Positions 58,032 to 64,000 of a stretch of DNA of 64,000 nt are shown piece by piece. The position numbers and the translations under genes are program-made. The DNA lies in NCBI RefSeq assembly GCF_009914755.1, contig NC_060940.1, one strand, 5' to 3'. Position 1 is the first letter of the stretch. The number at the start of each line of letters is the position of its first letter. This DNA comes from the human T2T-CHM13v2.0 reference genome, Homo sapiens. Under the pieces are notes generated by a model. That model saw nothing but the letters and a program-made list of their open reading frames with translations. It ran no database searches and was not told the DNA's origin.

Positions 58032-59292
58032 CAAACATCCAAACTATGACAGTCTGCTTTATCTCTGTAACTTAAATTCCTACCTTGAGAAATGGTAAAA
58101 ATCCAAGAAATGATGGAACAAGTACATACATTAGTGAGTCACTCTAATAATATAAAAGTTCTGTTTTGCTTATATTTTGCTAAAATTTTCCTTTTTCTAT
58201 CTTTCACTGAGAATCTTGCTTTACTTTGAAAGCACAAAACAAGAGTGTGGTCCCTCTTTAAATTATCAATTGCTGCTGCCAAGACCTCCCTTGTGCTTCT
58301 AATACTCTTGTGGCTCATTAACGGCAAATTTTCGTGATCTCTTGTAACCCTTTTCAATAGAGGTCCCACTTGGTCAATATTTCTTGGTCATTGATGGACC
58401 CTGGGGCAATAGATTCTAGGTTATTGATTTTAGATTGGCTGCCTAAGTTTGGACGAGTGTATGACTTGACATGTGCTGCTTTTAAAAACAAAGATTTTTA
58501 GATTCTAACTCTAGAGATTTTTCCATTTTATGGAGAGGTTCCAATGGTGACATTTGTAAAGTTTCTCAGGTGATTCTGATATACTAGTATCAGATCTGAG
58601 GAAGTCAGTTGCTCACAACAAGATGGTGTTTGCCCAAAGAAGCACTTCTATGAAGAAAAGTCGGTGTGAGGAAGGGAGGGCTGAAGCCAGGAATAGAATG
58701 GCCCAAAGTTATAATTTACCACAAAGATGAAAATGCTTAATAATAATGTTCATCAAAATGCAGCGCACATATTATTTGTATTACTAGAGGTAATTAGGGT
58801 TAAATTATAGTAATTTAGGAGTATAGTAGAAAGTATACCTCTTTAACATTAATTCAAGTCTTAAGAAGTTTCCTTTCTTTGAATTATTTTTCGGTTATGC
58901 TGACTGCATCAAGGAGAAAGTCTTCATTTGGTGTTATCTCTTAATGCCTCTCTAACACTTGCTAATATCCATTTGAAACAAAGAAAAAAGCTTCCCTTAG
59001 GTTCAGAGCTTTGGAGAAAATAAACTCGTATTAGAATTTAATAACATTCTTTTATTTTCTTAGATTTATTTTTACCTCATCGTTATGGCAAGTGATACCA
59101 GTTTTCCATGTAAAACACCAATATATTCAAATCTCTTTAGTACACATGCTTAAGTAAAACTGCTGAGTTTATTAAAATATCAAATGAATTGTGCAGATTA
59201 CACTTGGTTGAGAAAAAACTGTGAATATGGCAAGAAATGACTACAGGGTAGAAAACTGATCATTAGTAATAGATTAAAAAATAGCAACACAG

Positions 59293-59716
59293 TTGAACCT
59301 GGAGAATGACATGTTAAGTGAAATAAGCCAGAGAGAAATAAAAATACTGAATAATCTCATTTATATATAAAAGGAAAAAAGAAAAAAGCCAAATACATAC
59401 AGAGAACAGAATGCTGGTTACCAGTGGCAGGGAGAAGGAGAAAATGGGGAGATGTAAGTCAAAGGGCACAAACATGCAGTTACATAGAATAAGTCTAAAG
59501 ATGTAATGTACAGAAGTAGGACTACAATTAGCAATATTGTATTGTATGTTGAAAATTTGCTATGAGTGAAGATTATGTGCTCTGATACAAAATGAAAAAT
59601 AAGAAGTAACTATAGAAAGTGATGGATATGTAAAATTGCTTACCTGCAGTAATTATTTCACTATGGATAAATAAAACATTATGTTACTGTATATCTTAAA
59701 TTTATACAGTTAAAAG
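59293..59716 (+). mobile_element. L1MA(8-10)-type 3' end
   Basis: GAACCTGGAGAATGACATGTTAAGTGAAATAAGCCAG ... GATGGATATGT ... CTTAAATTTATACAGTTAAAA. Confidence 0.8.
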
Positions 59717-60282
59717 AAATAGCAAGTTATCAAAAGTCTGCCAGAAACATACTTCTGTGTAATTAGGAATAGGGAGGGAATAAGTAAGGAATGAAATTTT
59801 AACTAGCTTCAGATTTCTTAAGAAAAAATATTCCTTTTGAGATTTCCATGTTTCTGTTAGAAAGTTCTGGGGCCCACATTGTTTGAGAAAATTATGGAAG
59901 AATGAATTAGAAAACTGATTATCTCATGCCCTTTGAGATCCCATACACAGTACATTAATATAGGTATATTAGTCAGGGTACTACAGACAAAGAGAACCAA
60001 AGAAAAACAGCAACAACTATATAAATAGAGAGATAAATATATCTTTATATCAATATAATTTTTATATATAAATAGAGAAAGAGAGAGAGAGAGAGGCTTA
60101 TTACATGGAAAATGGCTCACATGACTTTGAAAGTTGACAAGTTCCAAGATATGCATTCAGCAAACTGGAGACCCAGGAGAACTGATGGTGAAGTTCCAGC
60201 CTTCAGGCTGGCAGGTTTGAGACCCAGGAAGAGTCAGTGTTTCACTTGGAGTCCAAAGGCAGAAAAATACCAGTGTCCTAAG

Positions 60283-63077
60283 GAGATAATTCTAGGATGG
60301 ACTAAGAAGCACCAGATTATCTGTCTCCCCACCTAAACAACAATTAAACTGGTAGAGTCTGTCTGATGAAACTATGTTGAAACTCTGAAGTTCATTGACA
60401 CCTTGCAACTTCCAGGGTAATAACTCAATAGTAAATTGTGGTTAGTTTCAGTTTATTTTAGCTATAAGCACAGAAGCAGCTACTCATCTGCCACAACCAG
60501 CCCCATGGTAGGCAGCTGTGCACATATTTCTGGAGCAGACTGCACATGGTGTAAGTAAAAAGAACTCTGTCCTTCAAAAATCAGAAATCTGTGTTTTGAT
60601 GACTGATTGCTGCTTCTGATCGCAGATACAGACAAAAGAGGTGGGTGGTCACTGCTTTTACAGCTGCCTTCATTGTGGCAAACCCCTTCTACTTCAGTTG
60701 AAGTAACTTCTAGGGAAGTTAAAGGGATGACGCCCTTCTCCATCCCACTTCTTTTTTCTTTTTCCCTTTTAAGAGCCACATAGTGAAGACAAGGACATTG
60801 GAAAGGAACCGTATATGCTGTCAAAATTAGAAAGTGACAACAGAGCCCAGAAAAAGGCACAGGCTCAGAAAATACCTAAATCCTTGCACAGAGAGAGCTT
60901 TCAACAATAAAACAAACAAACACACAAATAACAAATAGCAGATAATCTCAAGGAAAGAGAAGACTCTAATGTCCAGAGATACCACATTATTAGATTCAAA
61001 ATGTCCAGTTTTCAACAAAAACTCCCAAGGCATAGAAGAAGCAGGAAATTATGGTACGTTCAAAGGAAAAACAATTAAACTCATAGAAACATTGCTTCAT
61101 GAAAACCTGATGGCAGATATATGAAAGACTTTAAACAATTGTCTTAAAAAGGCTTAAAAATCTAAAGGAAGTTGAGAGGAGTGTCAAGAAAATGATATAT
61201 AAACAAAATTGGGAATATTAATAAAGAGAACACATGAAAAGGAACAAAATATTCTGGAGCTGAAAAATTTAATAACCAAAATAAAAAATGTTCTACGGGG
61301 ATTCAAAAGCAAATATAAATAGGCAGATCAAAAATCAGTGACCTTGAAGATAAAACAATGGAAATAATTAAGTCTGAGGAACAGAAAAAAAAACAAAATT
61401 AAAGTGTACAGAGCCAATGGTACCTATAAGACACCATCAAGAAAACAAGTTATGCTTTGTGGACATCCTAGAGGGAGAATAGAGAGAAAAAAAGGCAAAG
61501 ACAATATTTAAAAAAATAATGACGAAAATCTTCCCAAACTTAATGAAAGACATGAATATAAATAACCAATACGTGGAACAAAGTCCAAGTGAGAGGAAGT
61601 CAGAGACCCACACCAAGACACATTATAAACAAATCTTTGAAAGAAAAGTTCAAAAAGAGAATCTTGAAAGCAACAAGAAAGAAGCAAGTTGTCACGTAAA
61701 AGGGATTTTCAATAAGATTATCAGCATATTTCTTAACAGAAACTCTTGAGGCTAAAATGTAGTAAGCCCATATTTTCAAAGTGTTGAAAGAAAAAAAAAC
61801 AGCCAAGAATGTGGCAAAGTAGTCCTTCAGAAGTGATGGAAAAATTAAGATATTCACAGATAAACAAAAGCTGAGGGAGTTAATTAACACTAGAGATGAC
61901 CTGTAAGAAACACTCAAAAATATCCTGCAGAGAAAAATGAAAGGACACTAGAAATTAATTTGAAGCTGTATAAAAAAATAAATATCTCAATAAAAGTAAA
62001 TGGGCAATTATAAAATCTAGTATTATGGGCAATTATAAAATCTAGCATTATTTTTAAATGGTTTGTAACTGCATTTTTAATACAATTTAAGAGACTAACA
62101 TATTAAAAAATAGCTTAAAAGCTAGTATTAGTGTAACTTTGGTTTAAATCTTTACATTTTGTCTGCCATATAATTTAAGAGATAAATATATTCAAAATAA
62201 TTGCTAGTTTATGCTTTTTTGCACAATGTATAAAGATAATTTTGAGATATCAACAACTGAAAGTGGTGGTAATTGAGCTATAAAGAAGAGTTTTGTTTTT
62301 TATTTGAGTTAAGCTGATATAAATTCAAATTTGAGTTTTATAATTTTAGGATGTGAGATTTAATCCCCATGGTAACCACAAAGAAACTATCTGTAAAATA
62401 TATACAAAAAAGACAAAAGAATTTAAATGTTGCGCTGCAAAATAGCAAACACACAGGAAAAACAAAGAGTGATGCAGAAAATACAAGACCAAAAAACTAT
62501 AAAGCATAAAGAAAGCAGTTAGCACGATGACAGAAATAAGTCCCTCCTTATTAGTAATTAATTTTGATGTAAATGGATTAAACTGTCCTATCAAAAGAGA
62601 TTGGCAGAATGAATTTTTAAAAAATGATCCAACTATATTCTCTCTACAAGAGACTCATCTTAGATCTAAAAACACAAGTAGATTGAAATGTTGACATATG
62701 CTACACCCTGAATGAACCTTGAGGGCATTATGCTAAGTGAAATGAACTAGTCACAAAAAAAGAAATAGTTTATGATTCTGCTTACATAAGATACTTAGAT
62801 CAATCACAGTCATAGAGACAGATAGTAGAATGGCAAGTGCCAGAGGGGAGCTAGAAGGGGATAGAGAAAATGAGGAGTTCTTGTCTAATGAGTATAAATT
62901 TTAGTTTTAGAGGAACAAAAAAGTTATGGAGATGGATGGTGCTGATGGTGGCACAATATTATGATTGTATTTAGTACCATTGAACTATACGCTTAATATG
63001 GCTAAGATGGTACATTTTGTTATGTGTATTTTACCACAATAAATTAAAATTGAGGGGAAAAAAAGAGAGAGAAAAAA
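60283..63077 (+). mobile_element. Old L1M element: 5' region, ORF1 relic, ORF2 start, joined directly to 3' end
   Basis: ORF 61519-61749 (FPNLMKDMNI) is ORF1-like; 62540-62685 is the ORF2 endonuclease start (VNGLNCPIKR; LQETHL); 62690-63060 is an L1MB-type 3' end; degenerate TSD AAAATACCAGTGTCC / AAAACAACAATGTCC. Confidence 0.85.
62001..62050. repeat. 25-bp tandem duplication inside L1
   Basis: TGGGCAATTATAAAATCTAG(T/C)ATTA twice. Confidence 0.95.
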
Positions 63078-63315
63078 ACAACAATGTCCAAGGCATCTGA
63101 CAGGCTTTTTAATAATGGGAAAGTCAGCCATTTTGTCCTGTTTAGACCATCAGCTTATTGGATGAAGCCCATTCACAACTGAGAGAACAATCTGCTTTAC
63201 TCAAAGGTGCCCGATTTAAATGTAAATCTCATTCAGAAACACCTCCACAGACACACCCAGAATAACGTTTGACCAAATCTGGGCACCATGTAGCCATAAA
63301 ATTAATCAGCACTGT

Positions 63316-63379
63316 GGAAGGAAGGATGGATGGATAGACAGACAGATAGATAGAGAGATAGATAGAGAGATAGAGATAG
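63316..63379. repeat. Compound tetranucleotide STR (GGAA/GGAT/GACA/GATA)
   Basis: GGAAGGAAGGATGGATGGATAGACAGACAGATAGATAG... Confidence 0.9.
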
Positions 63380-64000
63380 TGTGTAAGGATGAGATAGGCT
63401 TTATCTATTGCAACATAATTTTTAGATGTGGTCTTGAAAATTTTTCTTGCAGTGACCTTCACCTATATTCTCTTGGCTTTTGTCCCTGATTTCTCTACCT
63501 TTAGATGTGCTACTGCAGGAAACCTTCCTCTGCAGCTCAGCTCCTGGCAGTGTCTTATCAGGAGTGCAGAAGCTCCAGAAAGAAATCAGTGTCCTTAGGG
63601 GAGCAGGTTTGAATAGGATACATTTATTTAGGACAACTTTTGAATGATTGTGAATATCCTCCACAGGCAGGATTCAACCAGCAAGGTCATGGGCATGTAT
63701 TTCTGAGGTCAGCCTGTAACTGAAAGGCTTTATGTTAAGTATAAAAAAAAAGGAGGTGGGGAGGGTAATAATAAGTGTCAGTTAAAAGAGGTTATTTTGT
63801 TTGTTTGTTTGTTCGTTTGTTTTAACAAAGTGAGATGAATCTCCCTAAACCAAGTCAAAGAGGCTTTAAATTTGAACTTTCAAAAAAACAGAAGAGACTA
63901 AGAGGCTCAGGACATCTGTGATAGTCACAATGGACAGCTGTCTGGCTTTTAAAATAATCAAGACTGTGGATGGCAAATAAATCCAGATTCACAACTTAAT

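Larger units (their letters stand above)
59963..63312 (-). mobile_element. MLT2B-type LTR split by an L1 (arms ~59963-60280 and ~63078-63312)
   Basis: TATTAGTCAGGG ... CTGGAGACCCAGGAGAACTGATGG left arm; CACAGACACACCCAGAATAACGTTTGACCAAATCTGGGCAC ... ATAAAATTAATCAGCAC right arm. Confidence 0.85.

Overview
AT-rich, CpG-poor primate (almost certainly human) non-coding DNA. I find no intact protein-coding gene. Most of the window is interspersed repeat: nine Alus, several L1 relics (some nested, one inverted, one internally deleted), solo LTRs (MER52A, MER61-like, LTR12F, THE1D, MSTB, MLT1/MLT2, LTR16/33-like), MER DNA transposons, MIR/L2 remnants and microsatellites. Repeat family and subfamily names come from my recall of consensus sequences and need RepeatMasker/Dfam confirmation. 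The one gene-derived object is a young, 5'-truncated retrocopy of EBPL (emopamil-binding-protein-like) on the minus strand at 50835-51754, with a 10-bp TSD, poly(A) signal and frameshifts. It carries an extra 121-nt, stop-containing, L2-like segment inserted between the codons for ...HFAL and EGPF..., so it may be a fossil of a poison-exon EBPL isoform. I recall a 'partially processed' EBPL pseudogene being described at 16q21, which would place this window there; this is unverified. Other items worth checking: a local ~260-bp duplication dropped inside an MLT1 LTR, a closely spaced inverted AluY pair, a CpG/GC-box-rich unique element near 53.0-53.5 kb, and multi-level TE nesting. I cannot support a claim of a new multi-gene biological system here.
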